This document shows, piece by piece, positions 8,294 to 18,694 of a stretch of 62,697 nt of DNA. The stretch's first letter is position 1; each line of letters begins with the position of its first letter. The stretch comes from a virus (lineage: Duplodnaviria; Caudoviricetes): IMG/VR virus record IMGVR_UViG_3300034418_005398, positions 1 through 62,697 of that record. One strand, given 5' to 3'. The notes beneath the pieces were generated by a model, which was not told the DNA's origin, made no database searches, and was given only the letters and a program-made list of their open reading frames with translations. Made by a program: the position numbers and the translations under genes.

Positions 8294-8940
8294 TGTTACG
8301 CAGTCGGATGCTTCGCGCCGCAGGCAACATTGGTGCCGAAATTGAATTTGTTGGCGCTACGTCAGCAACAGGCACAGCAGTTCCTAGTTTAAGTGGAATA
8401 ACCGGCCTTCAAGAAGGGGATTTAGTCATTACCTACGCGACCAGAGACCTTAGCTCTTTCACGTTATCGTCATCGGGTTGGTCTGGATGGACGGTTAATT
8501 TTCCGACTAGAGTTAATATTAATTCGATACATAATATCCCTGCTTATAAAATCATGGGCGCAACCGTTGATACTGGGCAGTCGTATACCATTGCTGTTCA
8601 GGCATGGACAGCAATTGCCTTTAGGAACGCCACTGTTGATAGTCCAGTTGTTACTAGCTATCTAGAGGGATTCGGATTGAGTCAAGACCCCCCGTCTATT
8701 TCTATAGCGACAGACGGAAGCGGGTTGGTTCAACTTTGTGCAATAGATGACGATGCTTCAACTCTTACGCCGTCTACTGGGTACACAAAAGCGGCAGAAG
8801 CACAAAACAGTGGCAACGGTAGTAATGCGCTGTGTTACAAACTAGGGCTTTCTGCTGGCACTGAAGACCCTGATTCGTTTTCGTGGTCAACCTCAGACAG
8901 CCTGTTTTACAGGGCATTACGCATTATCCCGTCATCGTGA
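8293..8940 (+). CDS. Putative receptor-binding or fibre-associated beta protein
   Basis: TAATG-coupled, Ser/Thr/Gly-rich, in the fibre cluster. Confidence 0.55.
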   Translation: MLRSRMLRAAGNIGAEIEFVGATSATGTAVPSLSGITGLQEGDLVITYATRDLSSFTLSSSGWSGWTVNFPTRVNINSIHNIPAYKIMGATVDTGQSYTIAVQAWTAIAFRNATVDSPVVTSYLEGFGLSQDPPSISIATDGSGLVQLCAIDDDASTLTPSTGYTKAAEAQNSGNGSNALCYKLGLSAGTEDPDSFSWSTSDSLFYRALRIIPSS

Positions 8941-8954
8941 GTAGAGGACAGTAA

Positions 8955-9446
8955 ATGAGCTACATAAAACTAAATAACGGGGTTGCAGAACAATATTCCT
9001 TTACTCAACTGCGACAAGACAACCCTAAAGTTTCGTTTCCTAAAGCACCCTCTAATGAGGTGCTGGCTGATTATGATGTATACCCTTACGAAACAGACCC
9101 TATTCCTGAAGATGCGCCTGTAGTAGAGGGATCGTTTTTTTATGAGCTTGATGGACAGTGGCGCAAAGGGTTTAACACAAGAGCGATCACTGATGAAGAA
9201 CGGCGTGAAGATATGATTGTATCGCCCCGCCAAGCACGGCTTGCATTAAATGCCGCTGGCCTGTTGACTAGTGTTGATGCGGCTATAGCGGCTATGGATG
9301 AGCCGGAAAAGACAATCGTAAGTCTTGAGTGGGAATACGCTACGGAAATACAACGCCTGTCATCATGGGTGATTTCAATGGGCGTTGCTCTTGGCCTTGG
9401 TGAAGATGAGTTAGACGCGCTATTTGATCTGGCAGCAACACTTTAA
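8955..9446 (+). CDS. Tail fibre assembly-like protein
   Basis: VSPRQARLAL...LEWEYATEIQR...LGLGEDELDALF, typical of proteins downstream of fibres. Confidence 0.65.
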   Translation: MSYIKLNNGVAEQYSFTQLRQDNPKVSFPKAPSNEVLADYDVYPYETDPIPEDAPVVEGSFFYELDGQWRKGFNTRAITDEERREDMIVSPRQARLALNAAGLLTSVDAAIAAMDEPEKTIVSLEWEYATEIQRLSSWVISMGVALGLGEDELDALFDLAATL

Positions 9447-9477
9447 TGTTTGCAGCACTTATAGAGGGGGGTATGGC

Positions 9478-9765
9478 ATGCAACGCGTTGGTAATATCTG
9501 TCGTAGTTGGGGCGCTAGCGTTCTGGATTATTTCGTGCGCTTTGGCGATGCAGTTTCTCAGTTAATTAACGTAGTTGTATTTTTTAGTATTAACCCGAAT
9601 GAATCCTTGTCAGGTAGGGCGTACAGGCAGAACGACATGTGGTTCTGGCGAGGGGTAGAAATAGCCATAAACGGGGCGTTTCGCGTGTTCCAAAAAGACC
9701 ACTGCAAAAAAGCCCATGAAAAAGATATGTCCAGAGCCGCAAAATTTCTAAGAAACGGCAAATAA
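9478..9765 (+). CDS. Conserved phage hypothetical protein
   Basis: SQLINV...PNESLSGRAY...DHC motif. Start moved to the ATG after GAGGGGG. Confidence 0.6.
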   Translation: MQRVGNICRSWGASVLDYFVRFGDAVSQLINVVVFFSINPNESLSGRAYRQNDMWFWRGVEIAINGAFRVFQKDHCKKAHEKDMSRAAKFLRNGK

Positions 9766-9796
9766 GCCGCCTCTAACCACCGCTGGGGAGAAAGCC

Positions 9797-10966
9797 GTGG
9801 ACATTACCGAATTATTGCCATATGCGCAGACAGACGCGCAACGAAAACTATTAACGCATATAGCGAAAAGCAACACTATTAAAGCCGCTATTAACGAGCT
9901 AGGCATAACGGAACGCTGTGGTCGCCGAATGCTGCAACGCGTTCGGAATAACGCCGCTAGACGGGGGTACTCTCCCGAACATGATATGGTTAACACCGTT
10001 CCCGACGGGTTTGTTGTGTCCGGGGTTTCTACTTATTACAACGACGAAGGCAAACCTACTGGGCAGTGGGTTAAGTCTAAACTCGCTGCGGAAGAACGGC
10101 TAACTGCGCTTCGCGAAGCTATTGAGGAGTTTGTAGCCGACTATAAGGGGATAGCTAAGCCGATTAAAGCGCCTAAACAGGGCGCAGAAGACATCGCGGT
10201 GGCCATTCCTTTTGGTGACCCGCACATTGGTATGTACGCTTGGGCCGAGGAGTGTGGCGAGGACTTCGACATAAACATAGCGCGGGCCGATCTGCTTTCC
10301 GCCGTTGATAAGCTAGTGGCGGCGACGCCTCAAGCGAATAAGTGCCTAATCGTTAATTTGGGCGATTTTTTCCACGCGGATAACATGTCTAACACCACTA
10401 GCAGGTCTGGGCATAGCCTTGATGTAGACACAAGGTGGTCTAAAGTACTACAATTAGGGTGTATGATAATGGTAGACGCTATAAAAATAGCGTTAAAAAA
10501 ATACCCTATAGTAGAAGTAATAAACGCTATAGGCAACCACGACGACCACTCTAGTATGATGTTGGCAGCGTTTTTAGACGCCTATTTTAGTGGCGAGCCT
10601 AGAGTCACTATACAGCCCACTACTTCTAAGTTCCATTATTTTGCCTTCGGTAAAACATTGATTGGCGTGACGCATGGTGATACCGTAAAGCCGGCTGACT
10701 TAGGTGAGCTAATGGCTACAGACAAGCCAGAAGAATGGGGGGCAGCGGAGCACAGATATTGGTATATAGGGCACGTCCACCACTCTAGGAAAATAGAGCT
10801 TAGGGGCTGTATGGTGGAATCGTTTAGAACGCTCGCAGCCAAAGACGCATGGCACGCTGCTAAAGGCTACAGATCGGGTCGGGATATGAACGCCATTGTT
10901 TTGCATAAAGACTTTGGAGAAATAGCTCGGTACCGGTGCGACATAAGGATGGCTAGGTATGGGTGA
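9797..10966 (+). CDS. Calcineurin-like metallophosphoesterase with N-terminal HTH-like region
   Basis: All five motifs present: GDPHIG, LGDFFH, GNHD, THGD, GHVHH. N-terminus has TIKAAINELGITER. Confidence 0.88.
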   Translation: MDITELLPYAQTDAQRKLLTHIAKSNTIKAAINELGITERCGRRMLQRVRNNAARRGYSPEHDMVNTVPDGFVVSGVSTYYNDEGKPTGQWVKSKLAAEERLTALREAIEEFVADYKGIAKPIKAPKQGAEDIAVAIPFGDPHIGMYAWAEECGEDFDINIARADLLSAVDKLVAATPQANKCLIVNLGDFFHADNMSNTTSRSGHSLDVDTRWSKVLQLGCMIMVDAIKIALKKYPIVEVINAIGNHDDHSSMMLAAFLDAYFSGEPRVTIQPTTSKFHYFAFGKTLIGVTHGDTVKPADLGELMATDKPEEWGAAEHRYWYIGHVHHSRKIELRGCMVESFRTLAAKDAWHAAKGYRSGRDMNAIVLHKDFGEIARYRCDIRMARYG

Positions 10967-11147
10967 CGTAGTAGATTTGTCGGGGTGGCGCGGTGACGAC
11001 GCGTACGACCGGTATTGCAGCGAATGTGGCGCAGGCAGCTTTTCTTGGCAGACGTTTCATGGGGACGAAGAAAACCACGCTGTAGTATGCGTAGAATGCG
11101 GCGAGTACTACCTAATTTATGGCATCGAAAAAGAAGCTGATATATAA
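10959..11147 (+). CDS. Small Zn-ribbon protein
   Basis: CSEC...CVEC pair. Overlaps the phosphoesterase stop. Confidence 0.65.
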   Translation: MGDVVDLSGWRGDDAYDRYCSECGAGSFSWQTFHGDEENHAVVCVECGEYYLIYGIEKEADI

Positions 11148-11185
11148 TCGCACATAGGCGCAACCGATATATCACAGGGACTGGT

Positions 11186-11437
11186 ATGGATCAGGGTGTA
11201 GTTAATACTATTATAACGCTTACAGCAGGCGTTTTTGGCTGGATTATGAAGTCTCTGTGGGACGCCGTGCGCGATTTGCAGCAGGCGGACGACGATTTAG
11301 CCGACAAAGTGTCTCGTATTGAAGTGCTCGTCGCGGGCGAGTACGTCACTAGAGAGGAGCTTCGTGCGGAGTTTACGCGGCTACACACGAAGCTAGACAC
11401 TATCGACAACAAGTTAGATAAAAAGGCGGACAAGTAA
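11186..11437 (+). CDS. Membrane-anchored coiled-coil protein (holin/antiholin-like)
   Basis: One N-terminal TM segment plus coiled coil, immediately upstream of the holin. Confidence 0.6.
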   Translation: MDQGVVNTIITLTAGVFGWIMKSLWDAVRDLQQADDDLADKVSRIEVLVAGEYVTREELRAEFTRLHTKLDTIDNKLDKKADK

Positions 11438-11841
11438 TGCTGGCAGTTACCGATTTAATTGCGGGCATTTTTAAACCTGCCGCAGAGCTAGTAGACGAAC
11501 TGCACACTTCCGAAGAAGAAAGACTTAAAGCGCAGGGCCACCTGCTCGACGTTCAAGCCGCCGCGATGCAGCGGGTGTTTGAGTACGAAACGTCTATGCT
11601 TGAGGGCAAGGCCAAGATAGTCCATGCCGAAGCGTCGTCGAAGCACTGGTTAACAGCTAACTGGCGCCCCGTTACTATGCTGACGTTCCTCGGGTTAGTA
11701 GTAGCGCGGTGGTTTGGTTTTTCTGCTGAAGGGCTTACCCAAGAAGACTACGACGCGCTGTATAACCTTATCTCCATTGGAATCGGAGGTTATATTTTAG
11801 GGCGCAGCGGCGAAAAAATCGCCCAAACAATTAAGAAATGA
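11437..11841 (+). CDS. Holin (3TM, GTA-holin-like)
   Basis: HTSEEER...EASSKHWLTANWRP...GIGGYILGRSGEK signature. Confidence 0.8.
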   Translation: MLAVTDLIAGIFKPAAELVDELHTSEEERLKAQGHLLDVQAAAMQRVFEYETSMLEGKAKIVHAEASSKHWLTANWRPVTMLTFLGLVVARWFGFSAEGLTQEDYDALYNLISIGIGGYILGRSGEKIAQTIKK

Positions 11842-12209
11842 GTTATTTCTCGCTTTCCGAATTGCAGTGCAAATGCGGCAAATGCGGCGGCGAGGTTTAT
11901 TTTGACGATGAATTTTTGGACATACTTAACAACATCCGTGCTGATTGCGGCTTCCCTTTGCCCGTTTCTAGTGGTTATCGGTGCTTTAAGCACCCTATAG
12001 AAGCCGCTAAGCCGGCGCCGGGGGCGCACGCGCAGGGTAGAGCAGTAGACCTTTTAGTGTATGGGGACAAAGCGTTGCGTCTTTTTGACGCGGCGCGGCG
12101 GTGTGGTATAAAGCGTATAGGCGCACACCAAAAAGGGCCGACTAGCGGACGATACGTCCACTTGGATACAAGCCTTACAGCGCCTTCTCCCGCTTTTTGG
12201 ACTTATTAA
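11838..12209 (+). CDS. Endolysin, peptidase M15A-like
   Basis: YFSLSELQCKCG...SSGYRC...HAQGRAVD...YVHLD Zn-peptidase motifs. Confidence 0.9.
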   Translation: MSYFSLSELQCKCGKCGGEVYFDDEFLDILNNIRADCGFPLPVSSGYRCFKHPIEAAKPAPGAHAQGRAVDLLVYGDKALRLFDAARRCGIKRIGAHQKGPTSGRYVHLDTSLTAPSPAFWTY

Positions 12210-12220
12210 GGACATATAAC

Positions 12221-12442
12221 ATGACCGCGAACGAACCCACACAGACTATTTCTATCGACGGTGTAGAGTACAACCCGGCTGAGCTATCCGCGCACCAAGC
12301 GTATTTGCTGAAGCAGATCGACGATCTACACAAAAAGGCTATGTCCCTACACTTTCAGCTAGACCAAGTAGAAGTAGCCAAGCGCGCGTTTGTAGGCGCA
12401 TTTAAAGAAGCTACGGTCCCCGAGGAGACTTCTGATGGCTAA
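12221..12442 (+). CDS. Small coiled-coil hypothetical protein
   Basis: TISIDGVEY...QLDQVEVAKRAF. AAGGA RBS before the ATG at 12221. Confidence 0.7.
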   Translation: MTANEPTQTISIDGVEYNPAELSAHQAYLLKQIDDLHKKAMSLHFQLDQVEVAKRAFVGAFKEATVPEETSDG

Positions 12443-15400
12443 CCAAATTCTTCACCGCCGAGACACTGCGGCTAACTGGACAGCAACTAACCCTGTCCTT
12501 GGCGCAGGCGAGATCGGCGTAGAATCCGACACTAATACGTTTAAGTTGGGCGACGGCACTACGGCATGGGCTAGCTTAGACTATTTCTCTGGCGGTGGAG
12601 GCTCCGAAATCGACGCTGTGGCTACCTATACGGTAGGCGCGGGCGGGGACTTCGCTACGGTAGCCGCACTATCCGAGTATTTTTTGGCGCAACGCCACGC
12701 GACCGCGTGGGAAGTATCGGGTAATAATCGCCAACGAGCCGGTTTTATTACCGTTGATTTACAGGGTTTGAACCACGATCTAGGCACCGCCTATATAAGT
12801 TTTGAGTGGTTCGGTTCGTGGCTCGTCTTTACAAATGGCGCTATTGGCAACGGCACGCTGGTGTTCACTAACACTAATGTACGCTTTGCAAACGCGTTCG
12901 CCGCTGGGTACGCGGGCAATACACTGGGCTTGCAAGCTAACGGCGCCTTTTTGTTCGATAGCAACGACGATACTAACTCGTTTAGTAATTTAAGCGTCGT
13001 GTATATAAATCGCGGCTCTTACCTACAAATCTGGAATGCGTACACCAACCCAGTAGTCGCCACTGGCGATTTTACAGCGGACACGGGGTCGGTTATTTAC
13101 GTTGCCAGTAACACTTTTAACTGCCGCTCTATCTATTCGTACGACGACAGCCATGTACATATTCTTCCCAGCACCAGCCCCGAGCTTTCTAATTCGGCGA
13201 ATGCGATAAGCGCTGCCCGCCACTCGTCCGTGCAAATAGACAACCACCCTGTATCCGCAGCGGCAGGGCGGCTAAGCGTCAGCCTTGGGTCTAGTGTCAT
13301 TTTTGACGCTCCGCTTGGAATCAACCTTTTTGGCAACGCCTCTGGAACCAGCACCATTTCAATGGGTAGCAGCGTTAAGTCCAGAACGGATTTGACCGTA
13401 TCCCACGCGCTTAGCGTTACTTCAGCGAGCACAGTAGAGGTAGTCGGCACTGCCACCGTCTCTGGCGTCAAAACTGTTCAGGATTCTTCTGCGTTAATCG
13501 ACTCTACCAACTCGGTTGAGCTTCACCCCGGCTTACCTACGTCTGACCCAAGCATTTCTAACGCGCTGTGGTCTAGTAGCGGGGTGCTTATGCTATCTGG
13601 AGGCACGCCTCCTAGCTCGTACACCAACGCTGACGTTGATACGCACCTAAACACCAGCACGGCGACAGCGAATCAGGTGCTTGAATGGGATGGCGCAGAC
13701 TACGCTTGGGTAGACCAATCAGCGTCGTTAGTAACCAGTGCAGACCCGCTAAACCTTACCGCAGCTTTAGGCTCAGCACCGGGCAGAGTCAATACTTTTG
13801 AGTTTAACGGAAACCTCACTGACGCTCAAAGCGCGGAAACTTGGACGTTCACCGGAACCGCAAGTTACGCTAATGATAGAAATTCGGTTGCTAGTAGCGC
13901 GTTGACATTAGGCTCGGGCGAGCGCCTATACAAGAGCACACCGCTGGTCGGGCCTAACGATACCGCATGGTTTGTTGGCTTTTGGTTTAAGTCAGATGGC
14001 ACGAGTTTCCCCTCTAACGGAAACCTGTTCGGTACGGGGTTTACTTCAAACCTGTTACACATCGGCACAACCCTCACTAACAGTACAACGGCAAGCCTAA
14101 GTCTGGCGGACTACACTTCTGGCTGGACAAGAGTTGTAGCTACTATTCAGCCAGTATGGACTGATTGGAACCACTACGCATTGCAGCGTAATGGCAACGT
14201 GTTGCAGTTGTTCTTAAACGGGGCGCTAGTTGCTACTGGTTCTGCGGCAGGTGATACCTACCCGGATGAGTGGTACTTAGGCCATTACACCGGAACGATG
14301 CAAGGGGACTACGATCAGCTTTACATACACGACCAAGCAATCATCACCAACACCAGTTCGCCGTTTAACACAGACAATCCGGGCGGTGGGGATGTAAAGG
14401 TAGGTGAGATCGACGTAACTGGAAACACGACTGACTCTACGATGGTATTTAAGCAGTACGAAAGTGGGGTTCTTACAAGTTATCCAATCTATAAAGACTC
14501 ATCAGTAGATGCTCACCTGAACACCAGCACGGCTACGGCTAACCAAGTCCTTAGCTGGAGCGGCTCGGACTACGTATGGACCGACGACCAGACTGGCGGC
14601 GCACCTTCTGGGCCTAACCCTACGCTTCTGCTGAAGGGCGACGTTTCTGTTACTCAGGACGACAGCCTGAATGGCTACACGTTCACGACTACTGGCGCGC
14701 CTGTGCTGGACACCGGGGACAAGCAGTTTGGGGCAGGCTCTATTGACTTCCCTACGGCTTCTAAAATCACAACCAACGAGACTTTAAACTTCGGTACTGG
14801 TTCTTTCTGTATCGAGGCTTGGCTGAAGCCAGATTCTGTAAGCGGGACGGTATACTGGGCGTCTAAGCCTGCTACGGGTAACTTTTGCTGGCTTTTTGTA
14901 AACCAAGGCGTACCCGGTATACACTACGCCGGGGCCGGTAGGAACCTGACGTCTAGCTTGTCTACGTCTGCATGGAACCACGTTGCGTTTGTATTCGACG
15001 GCACAAACCTCAAGGGCTACTTCAACGGCGTTGAGGAATATACTGCGGTGGATAGCTCCGACCTAGGCGACTTCGTCTGGGCCTTTGGTGGCACCGACGC
15101 AGGTGTGTCCGGTTCAGGTAGCTGGTATGACGGCGGTATTGACGACTTACGCGTCACGTTAGGCGACCCGGTCTACACCGGTGCCTTCACGCCTGCCGAG
15201 CACCCAATACCCGTGGCTAACCCGCTGGGTACGGACGAGACGGACGTTACTATTACGTCTCCCGCTAACGGCGAGGTACTTACCTATAACGGAAGCCAGT
15301 GGGTCAACGCGGCAGGCGGCGGCAGTCTCTGGACAGATAACACAACGTACTACAATGCGGCTGTAGACGGCATCGTTGTAGGTGACGCTGGCGCTCCTAA

Positions 15401-17216
15401 CTATGTAAACGCCAACTACCCCGGAATCACTATATATGGCAACACCGGTGCCTCTGTAAACTTCTTAAACAGCATCGGTACGCTTCAGGGACGTTTGATC
15501 TCTAACCAGAACAACCTACAGGTTCGTCCGGGTTCCGGTAACAAGGTATTCCTTGAGGACCAAAACGGTCAGAACATCCTGACGTCTGACGGAGCCACCG
15601 GAAGGGTTACGTTTGGGGATACCAATTCCTATACGCTCCCAGCAGCACGTGGCACTGACGGGCAAACATTGGTAACCAACGCTACCGGCGATGTCTCTTG
15701 GGCATCTGCTGGCGGTGGCGGCGGCTCCTTTGACCCTACTGAAAACCAGATTGTCCTTGGTACTCATGACCTAGCTCCTGATGTTGCGGCCACGACTAGC
15801 ATTGCAATAGGCTCCTCTCAGTATTGGTACGCTGGTAACACCGGCATAATGATGGGCTTTGATACCCAAAATAATGGCACTAACAACATCGTAATCGGTA
15901 ACCTGACAAAGCTACAGGGTTCCTGTTTCGAGTCTGTGTGTATCGGTAACGAAGCCGGTGATGGCATTACGGCACAATACTCTGTTTTGATTGGGCATAA
16001 AGCCTCGGACGGATCGCTAAAGGATCAACGCAACGCTATCAACATCAATGCCTCTGGGGCTGCCAACGAGGTAGCAGGTCAGGGCGGCGTCGTCCTTCAG
16101 ACCACCAAGGCAAAGATGGAATACTCTGACGCTAGCGGATGGGTGTTCACAGAAGACATCGGCGGAACCAATACGACCTACGACCTGTCCTCTCTGGGCG
16201 GCGGCGGTGGCGGAGACGCTGCTGACCTGTACGACAAGGGCTGGACCTCAAAGCAGGGCAAGACTGACACTGGCGTTGACTTCGATCTCACTACAGAGGA
16301 CTTCTGGTTTGAGATTCGGGTCTTCGTTGACTCGGCAGCTTCGTACCAGAACCTGTTCACTCTTGGCGGCGACGGCGGAGCTAACGGCCTTCTTGGTCAG
16401 TTCCAGTGCTACAAGACGAACTCTCGTGGCATCACGATGATCCACTCGACCAATGGAGACGACACCAACGGCACATTAATGTTTAACAACGATGAGGCCG
16501 GTCAGATTGACGACTCATGGGTAGTTATCACTATACAGCGTGAAAGCAATGTTGTGACTGGTTGGATTAACGGAACCCGTCACTTCACTACAACGCCTAC
16601 GGCCTTCACTGGCGATAACACGGGCGGTAAGATTTGGCTATGGACCTACGCTGACGGGACCGTCGTCCAGACGTTTGACAAGTGCCGTATCAGCGACTTC
16701 CGCTTTGAGGTGTCGCCAACGATTATGCCTTACGTAGCTTCCGACTTGACTATCGAGCCGACGTTAGGAAGTCCTCCAGCTCTGCCTGCCATCGACGAAT
16801 CAGGCCGGATTGAGACTAACGACTGGCTCACCACGAGCAACGCCAGCGGAGAAGATCGCTTCTTATTTAAAGCTAGCGACGGCGCGGGCGCTACACCTAC
16901 GTGGCGTGGTCAGGCTAGTGGTGGCTTCCAGTTCAACATCGGTAGCACCAACGAGTCTATTACGTTTTCCGAGGGGAACAACGCGGTTGAGATCACTGGG
17001 CGTCATAGTGTCTCTGGTGGTGTCGAGGGCTTACGTATCAACGGCATCGGCGGTGGTACTGCAGCGAACCAGACTGTGTTTATAGCCACTAACGGTACGG
17101 ACCGTATGGAAATCCGTGGCACTAACATAATCATGCCTACCCTTCCCACTTCGGACCCGCTCATTGCCGGAGCTTTGTGGAATGACAGCGGTACGCTGAA
17201 GGTGAGCGCGGGATAA
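12435..17216 (+). CDS. Large mosaic tail fibre/adhesin (Mtd N-terminal-like anchor, several LamG/ConA-like domains)
   Basis: RRDTAANWTATNPVLGAGEIGVESDT...GDGTTAW N-terminus. LamG-type motifs WNHYALQRNGNVLQLFLNG and WNHVAFVFDGTNLKGYFNG...IDDLRVT. Confidence 0.88.
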   Translation: MANQILHRRDTAANWTATNPVLGAGEIGVESDTNTFKLGDGTTAWASLDYFSGGGGSEIDAVATYTVGAGGDFATVAALSEYFLAQRHATAWEVSGNNRQRAGFITVDLQGLNHDLGTAYISFEWFGSWLVFTNGAIGNGTLVFTNTNVRFANAFAAGYAGNTLGLQANGAFLFDSNDDTNSFSNLSVVYINRGSYLQIWNAYTNPVVATGDFTADTGSVIYVASNTFNCRSIYSYDDSHVHILPSTSPELSNSANAISAARHSSVQIDNHPVSAAAGRLSVSLGSSVIFDAPLGINLFGNASGTSTISMGSSVKSRTDLTVSHALSVTSASTVEVVGTATVSGVKTVQDSSALIDSTNSVELHPGLPTSDPSISNALWSSSGVLMLSGGTPPSSYTNADVDTHLNTSTATANQVLEWDGADYAWVDQSASLVTSADPLNLTAALGSAPGRVNTFEFNGNLTDAQSAETWTFTGTASYANDRNSVASSALTLGSGERLYKSTPLVGPNDTAWFVGFWFKSDGTSFPSNGNLFGTGFTSNLLHIGTTLTNSTTASLSLADYTSGWTRVVATIQPVWTDWNHYALQRNGNVLQLFLNGALVATGSAAGDTYPDEWYLGHYTGTMQGDYDQLYIHDQAIITNTSSPFNTDNPGGGDVKVGEIDVTGNTTDSTMVFKQYESGVLTSYPIYKDSSVDAHLNTSTATANQVLSWSGSDYVWTDDQTGGAPSGPNPTLLLKGDVSVTQDDSLNGYTFTTTGAPVLDTGDKQFGAGSIDFPTASKITTNETLNFGTGSFCIEAWLKPDSVSGTVYWASKPATGNFCWLFVNQGVPGIHYAGAGRNLTSSLSTSAWNHVAFVFDGTNLKGYFNGVEEYTAVDSSDLGDFVWAFGGTDAGVSGSGSWYDGGIDDLRVTLGDPVYTGAFTPAEHPIPVANPLGTDETDVTITSPANGEVLTYNGSQWVNAAGGGSLWTDNTTYYNAAVDGIVVGDAGAPNYVNANYPGITIYGNTGASVNFLNSIGTLQGRLISNQNNLQVRPGSGNKVFLEDQNGQNILTSDGATGRVTFGDTNSYTLPAARGTDGQTLVTNATGDVSWASAGGGGGSFDPTENQIVLGTHDLAPDVAATTSIAIGSSQYWYAGNTGIMMGFDTQNNGTNNIVIGNLTKLQGSCFESVCIGNEAGDGITAQYSVLIGHKASDGSLKDQRNAININASGAANEVAGQGGVVLQTTKAKMEYSDASGWVFTEDIGGTNTTYDLSSLGGGGGGDAADLYDKGWTSKQGKTDTGVDFDLTTEDFWFEIRVFVDSAASYQNLFTLGGDGGANGLLGQFQCYKTNSRGITMIHSTNGDDTNGTLMFNNDEAGQIDDSWVVITIQRESNVVTGWINGTRHFTTTPTAFTGDNTGGKIWLWTYADGTVVQTFDKCRISDFRFEVSPTIMPYVASDLTIEPTLGSPPALPAIDESGRIETNDWLTTSNASGEDRFLFKASDGAGATPTWRGQASGGFQFNIGSTNESITFSEGNNAVEITGRHSVSGGVEGLRINGIGGGTAANQTVFIATNGTDRMEIRGTNIIMPTLPTSDPLIAGALWNDSGTLKVSAG

Positions 17217-18106
17217 TGGCTGACGCACCGGCTATAGGGCCGTGGTTGCGAGGTATAGTCAACACCGTTGACCCTCACTCGCTCACCCCCGATGCGCTGT
17301 ACGACGCGGTGGACTGCAACATTGACCGTGACGGCTCCGTAGAGTCGCGTCACGCGTTTTCTCTGCTGGACGACACCTCGGAGTACCACTCTATCTTTGC
17401 GTTCGGTAGCGACGTTTATGCGGGCCGAGGCGCGCAGGTTGGTAAGCTATCTCCTAACGGGTTTACAGTAACGGCGAACACCAATGGTGACAAACTGGCG
17501 TGGACCGTAGTTACAGATAGGCCGGTGTGTACAGACGGCGAAACCATTATCGCTGCGGACGGCGGGGATAACTCGTTTGTAGTAAACCAGCGCCCCGGTA
17601 GGGAGTTCCACGACCAGCAATACGCCTACACACAGCTTGAAGGGGGGCGCGATCTAGCCTACTGGCGAGGCAGGCTACTTGTTTTGCGGTCTCACACCCT
17701 TCGTTGGTCAGAGCCGCTGGAGTACGGCGCGCACAGCGCTACCCACAACTATTTACGTTTGCCAGAGCCAGCGACGTGGCTCGCCGCATTAGATGGCGGC
17801 GTTTTTGTTGGCGGCGCTAAAAATACGTATTTTTTCGCAGGAACAGCCCCAGAAAACTGGACGATGCGTGTTGTAGGCAAACAGTCGGCCCCCTATGGTA
17901 GAGTAGTGACTGGCACGCAGAATATGCCACCAGAATTGGTGGGTACAGCTGAAGAAGTAGCGGTATGGTTTACTGATGTAGGTTTTGCTGTTGGTAAACC
18001 AGATGGTAGTGTATCATACCCACAGGCTAGTAATATCGAAGGTCTACCGTTACTACCCAGAAACTTGGTCGTACAGGGCGACCGCATCTATGCTTTTGCG
18101 CGATAG
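17216..18106 (+). CDS. Tail structural protein (nozzle/propeller-like)
   Basis: Beta-rich; GIVN...DAVDCNIDRDG N-terminus; YWRGRLLV...LRWSEP. Lies in the tail cluster. Confidence 0.6.
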   Translation: MADAPAIGPWLRGIVNTVDPHSLTPDALYDAVDCNIDRDGSVESRHAFSLLDDTSEYHSIFAFGSDVYAGRGAQVGKLSPNGFTVTANTNGDKLAWTVVTDRPVCTDGETIIAADGGDNSFVVNQRPGREFHDQQYAYTQLEGGRDLAYWRGRLLVLRSHTLRWSEPLEYGAHSATHNYLRLPEPATWLAALDGGVFVGGAKNTYFFAGTAPENWTMRVVGKQSAPYGRVVTGTQNMPPELVGTAEEVAVWFTDVGFAVGKPDGSVSYPQASNIEGLPLLPRNLVVQGDRIYAFAR

Positions 18107-18116
18107 GAGCACAATT

Positions 18117-18692
18117 ATGAAGCACCGTAGTGAGATCGCCACTTTCCTCGACCGTGGCGACTTTAAGCAAACAGACGAGGGGCTTTTGATCCACGGATCA
18201 ATTATGGCCAAAGGTAAATACTACCACCGCGTTAACGGGAAAGACCTTTGTGTTGACCCAAACTTGGTAGTAGCAGAAGGCATTTTGTACGTGCTGGACG
18301 CAGCTTTGGGCGGCACGACGCCTATTACGGCGTGGTACTTAGCCCCTTACAGCGGCAACGCTACTCCGGCCTCTAACTGGACGGCGGCTAACTTTACCAG
18401 CAACGCTACTGAGATCACCAGCAACACTGAGGGATACAGCGAAACTACTCGCCGCGCGTGGACTGCTGGCTCTGCCGCGACTGGTAAGATTGGTAACTTG
18501 GCCTCTTATGCTCAGTTCACCATCGCCGCTTCTGCCGCTATCGACATTTACGGCGCAGGCTTACTGTCTAGCAACGTAAAAGGCGGAACGACCGGTACGC
18601 TGGTTTCTGCGACTCGTTTCGCAGCGGCACGCCAAGTTAACGACGGCGACACTTTTGAGCTAGGGTACGAAGTAGAACTTACCGACAGCTAA
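18117..18692 (+). CDS. Virion structural protein
   Basis: NLVVAEG...WYLAPYSGN...GTLVSATRF...GDTFELGY pattern. AGGAG RBS before the ATG at 18117. Confidence 0.7.
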   Translation: MKHRSEIATFLDRGDFKQTDEGLLIHGSIMAKGKYYHRVNGKDLCVDPNLVVAEGILYVLDAALGGTTPITAWYLAPYSGNATPASNWTAANFTSNATEITSNTEGYSETTRRAWTAGSAATGKIGNLASYAQFTIAASAAIDIYGAGLLSSNVKGGTTGTLVSATRFAAARQVNDGDTFELGYEVELTDS

Positions 18693-18694
18693 AA

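Noticed and set aside
12435-12600. Diversity-generating retroelement suggested by the Mtd-like N-terminus
   Set aside because: No reverse transcriptase ORF and no TR/VR pair differing at adenines was seen. The domain is just a fibre anchor.
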